DNA from: Reclinomonas americana ATCC 50394
Lineage: Eukaryota
Length of the DNA stretch: 60,962 bases
Direction: 5' to 3'
Assembly (NCBI GenBank): GCA_048213135.1
Contig: PS015452.1
Span: 110,753 to 171,714 of the forward strand
The notes beneath the pieces are model-generated. The model saw nothing but the letters and a program-made list of their open reading frames with translations. It searched no databases and was not told the DNA's origin. The position numbers and the translations under genes are program-made. Position 1 is the stretch's first letter. Each line of letters starts with the position of its first letter. This document shows, in pieces, positions 40,546-53,000 of the stretch.

Positions 40546-40849
40546 GTCGACGACACGACGACACACGACTACTCGTCGTTCGTTTGTTTGTTTCGTCGTC
40601 GTACGTACGTCGTCGGTACGGACGAAGGAACGGACGACGACGCGTACGGTCGTCGGCCGGCCGTCCGNNNNNNNNNNNNNNNNNNNNNNNNNNNNNNNNN
40701 NNNNNNNNNNNNNNNNNNNNNNNNNNNNNNNNNNNNNNNNNNNNNNNNNNNCGGCGGACGACCGACTTACGGTTAGGTTCGGGTAACGGGTTAGGTCGTA
40801 CGGACGGTCCGGAACGACGGTAGTACGTCGGTACGCGTCAGACGACGTG

Positions 40850-40936
<87 letters not shown>

Positions 40937-43900
40937 GTCGCCCACAAAGCACACAGACACTCACTGTCGTGTTTTTTGTTGCTCTGTAGACTCGTCGGTG
41001 CAAAAGGAGGCCGACATGGTTGCCGCAGCCGCCGCCGCTGCAGCAGCAGCATCAGCTGGAGAGGGATCGTCTGGTGCCGCTGCCAGTGGTGCTGGCGAAA
41101 GCGCAGAGGGAGCAGAGGGCGAACCGAAGGATCTCGGACCAGAGTTGGTGGACAAGTTGCGTGGTGTCTGCATCGTCGAAGGATTGGCGCAGGGTTTGGC
41201 GGCCGCTCACTCACATCATGCGCTGCAGTGTGCCTCCACGTGTTGCGTTTGGCATCTGCCGGCCGGGTGGTTTGACTGCTGCGGTCGAGGTCATCACGTT
41301 GCCGCTGCCAGTCGACACGCGTCTCGGCTGTGGCTACTCGCCAGTCGATCATCGTGTGTTCTTTACCGTGAATCACCGAGGTTTGTTGGATCATGCTCTG
41401 TCGGTCGTCACTGTGGGAGCGTGAATTGAATGACATGCGGTGTGCAGTGGTCTCATCCTACCAAGTGTGGGATGGCCCCTACTGTGGTTGCCTCGCGCTG
41501 GAGACGGAACAAGTCAAGGTCCGCATGGTGGATGTGGATAGCGCCGATCTGGGCCCGCAAGTGTCCAAGATTCTGCTGTGGAGTGCGCCGGATCTGTACC
41601 AGTTTTGTTCTTTTCCCCTCCTACCACCTTCGATCTCCTTCGTTGTATAGCAAACTCACTCTTTATCTCCGCAGCACGCTGATGTCGAACTTTGAGCGGC
41701 GTCAGTACGGCATCGACTGCGAGGAGAAGCTGCTGCGCTCGTTTGTCAATGTGCTGAAGGAGCACCAGTCGCTGGCCGGTTTGTTGTGCGCCGGCTGAGT
41801 TTATTGTGTCGTGCCACAGTGCGGCGCTGACTTTTGCGCTGCAGAGTTGGAAGCCCTTCTCCCGCAAGTTTTATCCGCGGTGCACACACTGTACGCGGAG
41901 CACGGTCGTGCGGAGATGGGCACGTCGTTCCTGCTCAGCGCCGAGCGTCGCACCCTGCGTGGTTTGTCGTGATGCCGCGCGTATGCCAGGATTGGTTTTG
42001 TTATCGCACTAACACCACTCTTTTCTGCGTGCCAGAATCCAAGCGCCGAGTGTCGCTGATGGTGGAATTGTGTGGTGAACTTGTGGTCAAGTCGTCCACG
42101 CTGGAGAACCTGTCCATGCGCCAGGCGTTGGAGCTCAGCCGCCTCATGGCGTCGGTGCGTATGCGCGCACATGGGGAAGCGAGTCGAGCAACATCGTGAG
42201 ACTGACCTGTTTGTGTGTAGTTGGAAGACAAGAAAGCGGTCCGTCACCTGCTGGAGACCATTGGTTCCAAGGGTGAATTTGCTCGTGCATAATGCGCGCT
42301 TCCTGTCTGCCCGCCACCTGACGTATTGCTCTTTGTTGCAGGCGAAGCGGTTGCCGTATCTCTGCTTAACGAGGGTCCTGTGGCCGCCGACATGGAGCAG
42401 CCGTTGGTGACTCTGCTCAGCACCGAGGTGTGTGTGTGTTGTGTGCACTGGCGATGTCGTGCGTCGTTGTCTGTGACTCATTTGCTTCTGGTGGTACTGT
42501 GCAGACCCTGTTGCATTCCTTCCTGCCGAAACCACCGGTAGCACCCGCGGCCCCTGCGGCTGGCGCGCGATCGTCGTTGGTGAGGAGAGCGTGCCACAAT
42601 GTGTCACTCCTCTTTTCTTCTTCGAAGTTGCTCAACGTCGTACACAGGAATTGGTGGCTCTGCGCGAGCTCATGCGCCGCGCACTGGCACAATTGCGCGA
42701 GGACGCTTCGCAGGCACCGAGTGGCACCCAGTTGCTGGAGGCATTTGGACTGCAGGTGCACGAAGAGAACGCTGACTCTGAGAAACCGCGGCCAGCTGCC
42801 GCAGGCAGCGCGGCGGGAGCTGCGAGTGCCTCTGCAGCCAGTGCCGATGCGCGGTCACTCGGACAAGTGCAATCACTGCCGCCACTGTTCCATGCCGGCA
42901 ATCCGGCGCTGCTCGCATCGCTGCATCAGGCCGCGGCTGGTGAGAGAGAGATTTTCTTTGGGGGGAAGGGTATGTATCGTATTGTCACTGACTTGATTGT
43001 TCCTTGCAGCTCCACGAGAGAGTGCACCACGTCCGGAGCCAGTCCAACGAGGTGCGCGTGTTGAGACGCATCACGGACATGCCACCTTTGTAGTCGACAT
43101 GGAGGGTTGTGCTGGCTTCTCGCATGCGGTCGTGCCGCTGCAGAAGCTGCGGTGGGCGGTGCACTTGCCGAACGGATCGGTCAGTGTGGATTCCACTGTG
43201 GGCTGACTTGTTTTTGTACTTGCTGATGTGTTGTGCTTGCCCTACAGTCCGATCTGCGAGTGCCTCTGGCCAACGAGGCAGCACTGCAAGCGCCGGCTGA
43301 AGGCCAAGCGTCGGGTGTGTAGTTTTTCGTTGGCGTGTTTTCTTTGTATGTTTGTGTATCGGCACTGACTGTTGCGGGGGGAACAAAGGCTCCGCGCACT
43401 CGCACACGTGCACATTGGTGCCGCCAGTCGACTGGAAAGGTGCGTCTATGGTTTCTTGTCGGTGCTCCATCCGGTGGATTTGCTCATTTTGCTTCTCTTC
43501 CTTGCACAGACACTGCGCTGCGCCTTGCACGCGTCATGTACAACTTGTTCCGCGCCGAGGTGGTTGCCAAGGGTGCTCTGTCTGTTGATGTGCTGGAGTT
43601 CCTGGCCAGCATTCTGGCCATGGTGCCTCTGCGTGCCATCACAATTGTACCACCATCGCAGTTACGTACGCGCAACTCACTCGTTCGTGGGTTCTTGTTG
43701 CTTACTCGCATGTTTGCACGCGCACACACAGGGATAGCGTCGATTTGCGCGTTTTGCAGATTATTGAGATGCATGCCGAGTCAGTTCACCTGTCGCGCGC
43801 GCGCCAGGCCAAGTACTTCCACACATTCCAGGAGGACACCAGTTGCGTTCTCTTCGAAAAGGTACCTGTATCTGGGCGCCACTGCAGTTCGCCAACACCT

Positions 43901-46289
43901 TCTGTGCTCGTAGACGACAAGAGAATCAAGACGTACGACTTCCCGAGCGCGGTGATGCCGTGGAACCCGCAGCATGCCGAATGGAGCGATCGCGACAATG
44001 CCGAGCTCGCTGCCGAGGTGTACTTGGCGCCGGAGAGTGTGGGAGCGTTGTTGGATCGCGAGTGCTGGAAGCAGCAGCAGAGCTTTGTTCTGCCGTACCA
44101 CGTGTGGGTGAGTGGTGGTGGTGTGAAGACAGAGGGCTCGCATTGACATGTTTGCTCACATTCTGTGTGTCTGTCTGTGCGTGTGTGCCACGAACAGGGT
44201 GACTTCCCGGTGTTGGAGGTTGGTGACTTCCTCACGAATTGTTTGCGAGGTGCACTTGGTAGCTGATTGTGTCCTTTCACGCAGGGCCGAACACGGGAAG
44301 AGTGCGCCAAGCATTTCAAGCTGTTGTGGTGCTTCAATAAGGCATTCCGCAGTATCATTGGTAATGGCATAGTGCGCGTGTGTCTTTTTGTCGCTGGTTG
44401 TGTGTTTCTCACAGGAATTGATGCAGCGGCGGATGCGACACTGATGAAGACGCTGATCACCGGTACGTGTGTGTGTGCGCGTTGATGATTTTGTATTCCG
44501 CCCTTTTGCTCATGTAAACTTGTCGGCAAAGATGTGGCGGTGGCTGCCGGCACCAAGTCGCCGATTCAGCACTGCCTGATGCCTCGCGACAAGCATGAAA
44601 TGGTCATGGCGGCGGTGGCCGCGCGTGTGGCTGCCGGTGCCCGCCCGTACAACGAAATCACAGTGTCGCTGGCCGAGAACTGTGAGTACCATGCAATGTG
44701 TTCCTGTGGTGCTACCGGTGGCTGACCTCATTGTCTCTTTGTGTGTGCAGCACCGGTCTTCCTGCAAGTGTACGGTGTGATGCAGAATGTGACGCGCTTC
44801 CGCAACACGGCGTTTGAGAACCACAAGCTGGTGTCGTTGGACCCGAGGACATTCTCGGAGCACAGTGCGTTTTCTGTCGTGCGGAGTGCGGGTGCAGGCT
44901 GTGCGAGTGTGACTGACTCTCCTGTGTTTGTGCATGTGTGTGTGTCGCGTAGCCGACAGCAATCACTGGGCTCTCATGCGTATGTGCCGCGAGCTGCAGT
45001 CGTCGGCTCTTGATCTGTTTGTGCCAACGCCCCGCTCACTCCGTGACGGAGGTGGCCTGCTGGTGCGACTTGCATTGTCTTCTCTTTCGATTGACAGAAG
45101 AAGCATAGCATGCTAACACGTGATGCTGATGGCGCACAGTGGGTACCCAACCCGGGTGCACGGGACAAGGAGTCACTGACAAAACTGCACATGGTGGGAC
45201 TGATGATGGGCTGGGCAATTGTTAACAACATGCCACTGCCGCTGGATCTTCCGCGCTCGTTCTACGTCTTGTTGGTGGGTGCACATGCGAAAATTTCAAG
45301 TGGCTTGTGCAGCCGTTCTAATTCGCATCTTCTTGAATGATTGCAGAGTGGCCGACAGCTGACGCTGCAAGAGTATCGCGAGGACATTGACCAAATGGAG
45401 TGGCTGGACAGTGTGGAGCGTGCCAGCGACGTCACGAGGTCTTTCTGTGTGCCATCGTGCAATCCTGCTCGGCCGATGCTGGAGCTGGTGCCGCACGGAG
45501 GCGACAGAGCACTGACGTGCGTGTGTTTTGTTGTTGCATCAATTCTCTCTGTGCATCTGTGGTCCGTGCACTAATGCACCCCGCACACAGGTCTGATACG
45601 TGGGCCGAGTTCCGTGATCTCGCGACGTGCGCCAGATTGCGGGAGTTTGATGAAGCGGTTCGTGGTGTCGTCGACGTGTACCCGGCTCTCGTCCATCAAC
45701 TGATGATGTGCACTGCAGATTGCGGCTCTGATTGTCGGGCTGGAGTTGGCGGTCCCGCACCGCGAATTCAGCCTGTGGACTCCCGACGAGGCTGCACTAC
45801 GGATCGCCGGTCGTCGTGAGGTCACGGTCGGGTGGATGAAGGTGTGTGCCCTGCAACGATTGTTTCCTTGGTCCACTTGTCTCACACGAGTGACCTCGTC
45901 GCCTATCCAGTCCAATGTGTTCGCCGATGTACAACTCGAACCATCGCATCAGGAGCAGTTCTGGGAGGCGCTCACACAACTGACACCGCTGGAGCGTGGT
46001 CGGTTTGTGGAGATGGCGAGGGACGGTATGCGTGGCCGAGTCACCGATGCTCCAGTCAACATTACTGTTGCGTATGCACGTAGTTGCTTGCGCCCTCTCC
46101 GATTCCTGCCATATGACACTGCACCGCACACAGGTCAAGCTCACGGAGAGCATCGCCGATCGGTGGCCGCGCAGCGAGCGCGGTGCGAATGGACGCATCA
46201 CGCTCTACACACCGCGGTACCCGAGCATAGAACTGTGCGTGCGCCAGTTCCGCGCTGCCCTCAACGCCCCGTCGCCATACGATCCATGA
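32136..46289 (+). CDS. Giant multi-exon HECT-domain protein with N-terminal UBA, SPRY, DUSP-UBL and a degenerate HECT
   Basis: UBA (LVGMGF...ALEASGGNMERAIEVLL), SPRY pieces (FYFEMDV; GCGYSPVDHRVFFTVN), DUSP (PGNFNSTTLL...VPRAVWRKLVDW), UBL (LRLW...LVVEVQAANGSWP), HECT (LDLFVPTP; GLMMGWAI...PLPLDLP; LELVPHGGD; FWEALTQLT; LYTPRYPS). Spans an assembly gap. Confidence 0.82.
40461..40934. repeat. (GT)n microsatellite arms flanking an assembly gap (N at 40668-40751)
   Basis: Two GT arrays around low-quality sequence and Ns; probably one intronic microsatellite that broke the assembly. Confidence 0.9.
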
Positions 46290-46337
46290 TCACTCCCCGG
46301 TAGTGGGCGTTTGAGAGAGTGATTACTGCAATGAAAG

Positions 46338-48055
46338 ATGAGAAGTTGTACGTCGTCGGTCGTCGTCGTCTGCAGTCCTGCATCAGTCGTCTTGTTGATG
46401 TTGCAAGGAGAAAAGGTGACGCATTCTTCGTCCTCTCTCAACACTCACCTCCCTCTCTCACTCACTCACTCTCTCACACAGAGACCACCCGCGGTCTCCT
46501 TGCACGAAGCTCTGTCGAGCATAGGTCTGCGTGCAGCACACACGCGCGTGGCCATTCTGTGCGCCGCCGGCTACCTGGCCGTGGTCGCCGAGCTGTTTGT
46601 GTTCTCCTTTGCGCAACGCGATGCCGCTCGTGAGTTCTTCAATGGCACCATCGACGATCAGCGCATGGCGTGGATCCCGTGGACCACCAACATCACCACA
46701 TTCGTGGGCGCCGTCGTGTGGGGAGCATGGAGTGATCGCGGACTCGGTCGCCGATGGACCTTTGTGGTGTCGGCCATTGTATGCGGCGTGTTTGGTGTCG
46801 CCAGTGCCTTTGCGCCCTCGTACGCCACCTTTTTGCTGCTGCGCGCGTTGACAGCTGTCGGAATTGGGGGGCTGGTCGTGGTGGATTTCGTGTTTCTGTT
46901 GGAGTTTTTGCCGGCGGAGTTCCGTGGGCGCCTGATGCTCACAGTCACTCTCGGTGGCTCCATGGGACTGGCCATGGTGGTCACTCTGGCCTACTTGCTG
47001 CTGCCGCTGGTGCATGGTTGGCGCTGGTTTGTCGCCGTCTCCGCAGCTCCGTCACTGCTGATGGCACTGCTGCGGTTGTACATTCGTGATGAGACGCCGC
47101 ATTACCTGCTGCTGCGTGGGCGACACAAGGAGGCCGAGGAGACGGTGAGCCGTCTGTCACAGAGCAGTTGCGTTCTGCGTGCGACAGCGGTACTATTCGT
47201 GGCAAACAACGATCTCTCACATCCACGGCGATGGCAGCGGTGTGCCTAAAGCCGCTGGAACACGTGGAACACCTCTCGTTCTCCATGGCTGTCGGTGTGC
47301 TCTTTGGTCGTGCGCAGCGGCGCACCACAGTCGGTCTCGGTGCCGTGTGGTTCTGCCAGGCCACCGGTTACTGGGGCATCACGCTGTTCCTGCCGGCGTA
47401 CTTGTCACAGCGCGGCCTCAGTGTGTACGTCAGCTTCTGGATCCTGTCGGCCACGCAGACGGTACGGCGTTGAATGTCGTTAGTGGCGTGTGCGTTTGTG
47501 GTTCTCCTTCTCACTCGCCCAGCATACATGCAGATCGGTCTGCTGTTGTGTGCGCTTCGCATCGACTCGTGGGGCCGCTTGCGGCTACTGCGCCTGCTGG
47601 CCATCTGCACCACTGTCGCGGTGATGCTGTTTGCGTTTCTGCAGACGCCAACGTGGCTCGGAACGGTGTTGTGCGTGGCCACATACACTTGCTTGCCGTC
47701 CATCTACGGTGTGCTGTGGACCTTCACCCCCGAGTCGTTTCCGACACGCGTCCGTGTGCTCGGCATGGCCTGGATCAACTTATGCGCGAGCCTTCCGGGA
47801 CTCGTCACCCCGTTCGTCTCCTCGCGCCTCCTCTCCGACCCGCGCACCTTCCTGTACCCGCTGGTGTGGGGCATCTTCTTCGCCGTCGAACTGCTCGTGC
47901 TGCTGCTCATGCTGCGCCACGAGACGAACCAGAGTGACCTGACGGCCACGCGCAACAAGGCTGCAGTCGCGACCAGAGACGACGCGCGCGGCGACAACGG
48001 GGACGATCCCGAGAACAACCTGCTGTTGGGCACTGTAGATGCCACTGGCGACTGA
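46338..48055 (+). CDS. MFS transporter, SV2/SVOP-like (paralog 1); start may be ATG 46398
   Basis: WGAWSDRGLGRRW (motif A), LRALTAVGIGG, LLEFLPAEFRGR, ETPHYLL, DSWGR, TPESFPTRVRVLG and multiple transmembrane segments. Confidence 0.9.
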
Positions 48056-48213
48056 TTGTCCCGCCCGCTCTTTACCGCATAGCTGTGTTGGCCAGGCGCC
48101 AACCACAGAGATCGGGTATACGCTAGCGATCGAGCAAGCGAACGGCGACGACGTCGAAAGAGAGACGAGAAGACAAGTCCTGTGAGTGAATCCGTCATAT
48201 CATTGTCGCAAAC

Positions 48214-49800
48214 ATGGAGAGCAGTGCCGAAGCCGACGAAGACAGTCAGGCACTATCATTACACGATGCTCTCACCGCCATTGGCATCACCAAGACTCAT
48301 TACCACGTGACGGCGCTGTGTGTCGCCGGCTATGTGGCGGTGGTTGCCGAGCTGTTTGTGTTCTCGTTTGCACAACGCGACGCGGCACGTGAGTTCTTCC
48401 ACGGCGTCGCAGATGACACTGCCATGGCGTGGGTGGCATGGGCCTCCAATGTGACCGCATTCATCGGAGCGCTGGCGTGGGGTGCGTGGAGTGATCGGGG
48501 ATTGGGTCGCCGATGGACATTTGTCATCTCGGCGCTGGTGTGTGGCGTGTTTGGGGTGGCCAGTGGATTCGCGCCCTCCTACGCAGCCTTTGTGGCCCTG
48601 CGAGCACTCACTGGACTCGGCATTGGTGGTCTCATTGTGGTGGACTTTGTGTTCCTCTTGGAGTTTCTGCCGGCGACGCATCGCGGTCGTTTCATGGTGT
48701 GCGTCACGCTTGGCGCCGCCTGCGGACTCTTCCTCACTGTGACGTTCGCGTACTACACGTTGCCGGCGTGGCGCTGGTTTGTGTGCCTGGCGGCGACCCC
48801 ATCACTCATCATGTCGGTGCTGCGTCTGTGCATTCGCGAGGAGACGCCACACTTTCTGCTGCTCCACGGACGCCACTCCGAGGCCGAGGATGTGTGCAGC
48901 CGAATGGCCGGACGCAGTTGCGTGGTTGTTGCTGCTCAGTTGCGGGCGACGACTGACAAGTGGGTGCGCGACTGCAGAGATCCGCCTGAGGCCCATGGAT
49001 GCGCGACCACCGGTGTCGTATGTGGCCGGGCTGCGGCTACTGTTCGGCGGTAAGCAGTTGCGTATCACACTCGGTCTCGGCGCGGCGTGGATGGCACAGA
49101 CGGCCGGCTTCTGGGGCATCTCCCTCTTCATGCCCGTTTACTTGGCGCAGCGCGGCTTCTCCGTGTACATCAGCTACTGGATCTTTGCCAGCATGCAAGC
49201 AGTTGCGTCGTGCTTGAAGGATGATGAGGGGGACAGGGAAAGAGGGAAATCTGACTCGCTGCGTAGCTGGCGCTGTTGATCTGCATCTTCCTGGTCGACT
49301 CGTGGGGCCGGCTGCGCTTGCTGCGCACGCTGACAGCCATGGGTGCCGTGGGTATGATACTCTTTGCGTTTTTCCAGCAGCCACCGTGGCTCGGCACGGT
49401 GCTCTGCGTGGCCACATACATGTGGCTGCCGGCCATTTACGGTGTGATGTGGACCTTCACGCCGGAACTGTTCCCCACCTCGGTGCGCGTCCTCGGCATG
49501 TCATGGATCCACCTGTGCACCACCGCCCCCAACCTCTTCACGCCGTTCGCCGCGTCGTACCTGGTCGGTGACAGTCGCGCCTACTTGTATCCGTTGGTGT
49601 GGTCGCTGTGCTTTTTCCTCGAGTGCTTCATCATGTTTGTGGTGTTGCGACGGGAGACCAACCAGAGCGACCTGTCGCCGGAGAGTAATAGTGGGGATGG
49701 CGGACAAGACGCTGGCGTCAGTGCGTTGTTGGAGATGACGGATTTGAGACCAGCAGACGACAACGACGGTCGTGATACGGTAAATGAAAAAGTGGACTAA
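48214..49800 (+). CDS. MFS transporter, SV2/SVOP-like (paralog 2)
   Basis: Same motifs as paralog 1 with equivalent intron positions (48917 and 49202). Confidence 0.9.
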
Positions 49801-50049
49801 TTAACTGACGACATGGTGGGTTCTGTCGACAAGTACGTAACCCGACAACAACTTCACCAATGGCCGCGCGCAGTCGGTGTCTAGTCATGATCGTCGGGTC
49901 CGTCCGTCCGTCGTCCGCGTGCGGATATTGTCCGCTTGTAGGTTTCTCCGTCCGCGCGCACAGAGAGCGTGGGCGCACACGCATACGTGTGTGAGTATCG
50001 GTGCGCGTGCGCAGGCTCGTCTTTCGATCGTTGACTCCTTCCGCGCTTC

Positions 50050-53000
50050 ATGCCCGACGACGACAATTGCTTCCTGAAATGCCTCGGTGGCACCATCTTG
50101 GTGGCGATCGCCGTTCCCATCGTGACCACAGGCCTCGTTGCCAGTGGATGCCTCGGCTTGGTGTGCGTGGATTGTTCCTGCTTATGGTGTAAGCTTCGTT
50201 GCTGTCCAGAGCATGTGGTGCGTGGATGATGATGACGTATATGCAATGCATTCTGCAATATTAAAACTCGCTGCGCTGACAGGGATGGACTCCGGATCGG
50301 TGCTGGTGTTTCGGAGCGGGGAACTGCCCGCGCTGCTGCTTGATCCACAATGCTGGCACTGGAGCGCTTTCGCTCGAGGATTTCGCTTGCCAGCTCAAGT
50401 GGTGCGGACCGGCCACGCGTGTGAGGCGGCTGACGCTCTCGCCGTACTGGCCAATGGGAGGGTCGCGATCGAGCAGTGCTGGAGGCACGCTCCGCCACCC
50501 ATGGTGCCCCAAGTTCTGCTGCTCATTCTACAAGTGCAAGTGGTGAGTTCTATTTCTCCCAATAATATCTCCTGTATGTCACACCTTTGTTGATGACGTG
50601 CATTTGCGTGCATATAACGGACGCAGCTGCTGCCATCGGCGCCACAGGGAGGGAACCATTGACTTTGGAACTGACCCTGGCGTGGTGCTCGGCCCGCTCT
50701 TTCCCAACCTTCAAGAGGTCGACTTCACCGGAGTTGAAGGCAAGGGCGCGATGAAGGGGCAGCAAATCATCAGTCTGCTGCGTGTGCTGCCTGATCTGCA
50801 GACGGTCATTATCACCAGGGAGGAGTTCCTTGTGACAGCGTACTCGGGCTGCTTCTTCAAGGTCCCGTGCATTGTGCTACCTGAAGGTGAGTGCCATGTC
50901 CAGGAGGGACATGATACGTGCTCGCCATTCCCGCATCTCTCACATGACACCGGCCAGCGATACTGGACGAGGAGCTGGGTCAAACAGTGGCAATGTGCTG
51001 CCCGCTGTTGGAAGAGTTGCACGTGTTGCGAGTCAGAGTGGCAGCGCCTGCCGCATCGCCCACTGGTCGAACTCCCGCTGTTGCAGCACCACGACAGCTC
51101 ACGGCGGGTTCAAGGCCGTGGCCTGGAGCTGTGTGGGTGGCTGCTGGTTGCGATTTCCTGCGGCGCGTAACCGGTACGTGAGCTAGCAACGCCAACGGAG
51201 GCTGTCAGTGTGACGGCCGGCTCCTTTCTGACAGTATTCTTGTGTCAACGCACAGACGACCACATCTTTGTCGAGACGTGCCTGTCGACTCTGCCGGCCG
51301 AGTATTCGCGAACAGTGTTCACCCTGCAGGATGCCATGCGCGCCATTCGGGAGCGCCTGCCCGACGCAGAAGCTCAGGAGATCGAAGACGGACAAGACTT
51401 GGCGGCCGAGCGCTGGGCGCGCTTGACTGGAGTTGTGTTGCCCTCGAGCCTCCAGTGTTGACGTGCGTGTTGTTTCTCATGTCCTTTTAGTTCCCTCTGG
51501 AGCACGCCATGCGTATGAGGAGAGGCGAGCCTGAGGTGGAAGAGCCAGAGGTAATGTTCGACGCCTCGGCACGTAGTGTGTGCCCTATACTCATTTCCTC
51601 TCTACCTAGCCTCTTGTTCCTGTCGCCGCCCCGGTGTATGCATTGCCTCCTGGCCAGTATATCGACTATGGACACCCGGCGCACCTGCCACTCCCACAAC
51701 AAGCTCCCATGGGCGCGTGTCCACCAGTCGGTGGTCCCAACGGCATGGCGCCAGCAATCCCTGTCGCGTTGGACCCGAAGAACAACGCAGCAGCCGCGAG
51801 AGCGCAACCGGTACCGCCACCTGCAGCACCTCAAGTGCCTCAACCGCCTCCTCAACAAGCTCAGCCGCCACCTCAAGCAGCAGCTCCACGCGCTGCAGAA
51901 ATCCGACCTGCACCGGCGGCAGTGGTGCCAGCACCGATCGTGGTGAGTGCGCTTGTGATGATTGTTCATCCTGCTCGCTGCAGGGTGTGTAATGCGTACT
52001 GACGATCAATCAGCCGGATCCGAATGCCTACGACGGCGATATGGCCGCGATGGTTGTCAACCCGCTCAACGTCCGTCTGCACGTGGACGCGGCTGTTGCG
52101 TACCAGCATCCATCAGTCTCTTTGCCTGTTTAGAAACCTGCGGCTGATGAAGTCATTGTGAAGGTACCGCCGCCGGTCGCCGTGCAACCTGAACCGCCTG
52201 CGCCTGCACCAGTCACGGAGGTCGTCGTGAATCGGGCGAGGGGAACGGTGTGGCGCGTGTGCAACTTTTTTGCACCACGATCTCATGCTGACTGAATATG
52301 GTCGGTGCAGATGCGTTGCGCGCGTCTCAAGCTCGCCATTCTCGGTGCTGGTGGCGTCGGCAAGACCTCCATTGTCGAACGCCTCACAAAGAACACATTC
52401 ACACCGGCACTGCACTCGGAAACCGAAGGCATGCTTGTCTCGCGGTACACGCTGGATGGCTGCACGCTTGCCGGGGACATTGCAACCGTTGCGTAACGCT
52501 GTTGGTTGTAGTCTCCGCCACCGAGATGTTCACAGTGCAGAACAGAGTGTGCGCCTGTGCCTGTTTGACATGGGAGGCCAGCATGACTACGGCGTGATTC
52601 ATCGTCGATTCCTGTCGGAGCGCACGGTCTACTTGGTGGTATGTCGTGGTGACAGGCAGCTACCAACTACGGAGTGAGCTCACACCTTCCCGTGCACAGG
52701 CTGCCGATTTTCGTGCGCGTGACGTACAGGCGCTGACTCCCTGGCTCGATCTCCTCCGAATGCGATCACCGAGGAGCCACGTTCTGGTGGTGCTTACAAA
52801 GGCGAGTGTGACTCGCCTGTGACTTCCATCATCGACAACACTGCTGACCCTTCATTTCTCTCTGCTAACCAGGACGATGAAGGCCGTGGCATGACTGTCA
52901 GCCTGCAGAACGAGTTGCGCGCTCTGGCCGCCCGATATGGCGACACGCTGCAGATCCACACCGATCTTGCGTGTGTCGTGTCGGCCTCCAATGGCACCGG

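Noticed and set aside
40545-40852. Odd CGTACG/GACGAC-rich sequence around the N gap and at positions 1-26
   Set aside because: Looks like read-end noise after dinucleotide repeats (typical of flow-based sequencing) at contig ends, not biology.
43842-43848. GTTGCG occurrences at 43842 and 41243
   Set aside because: The reading frame continues through them as exon; not counted as donors.
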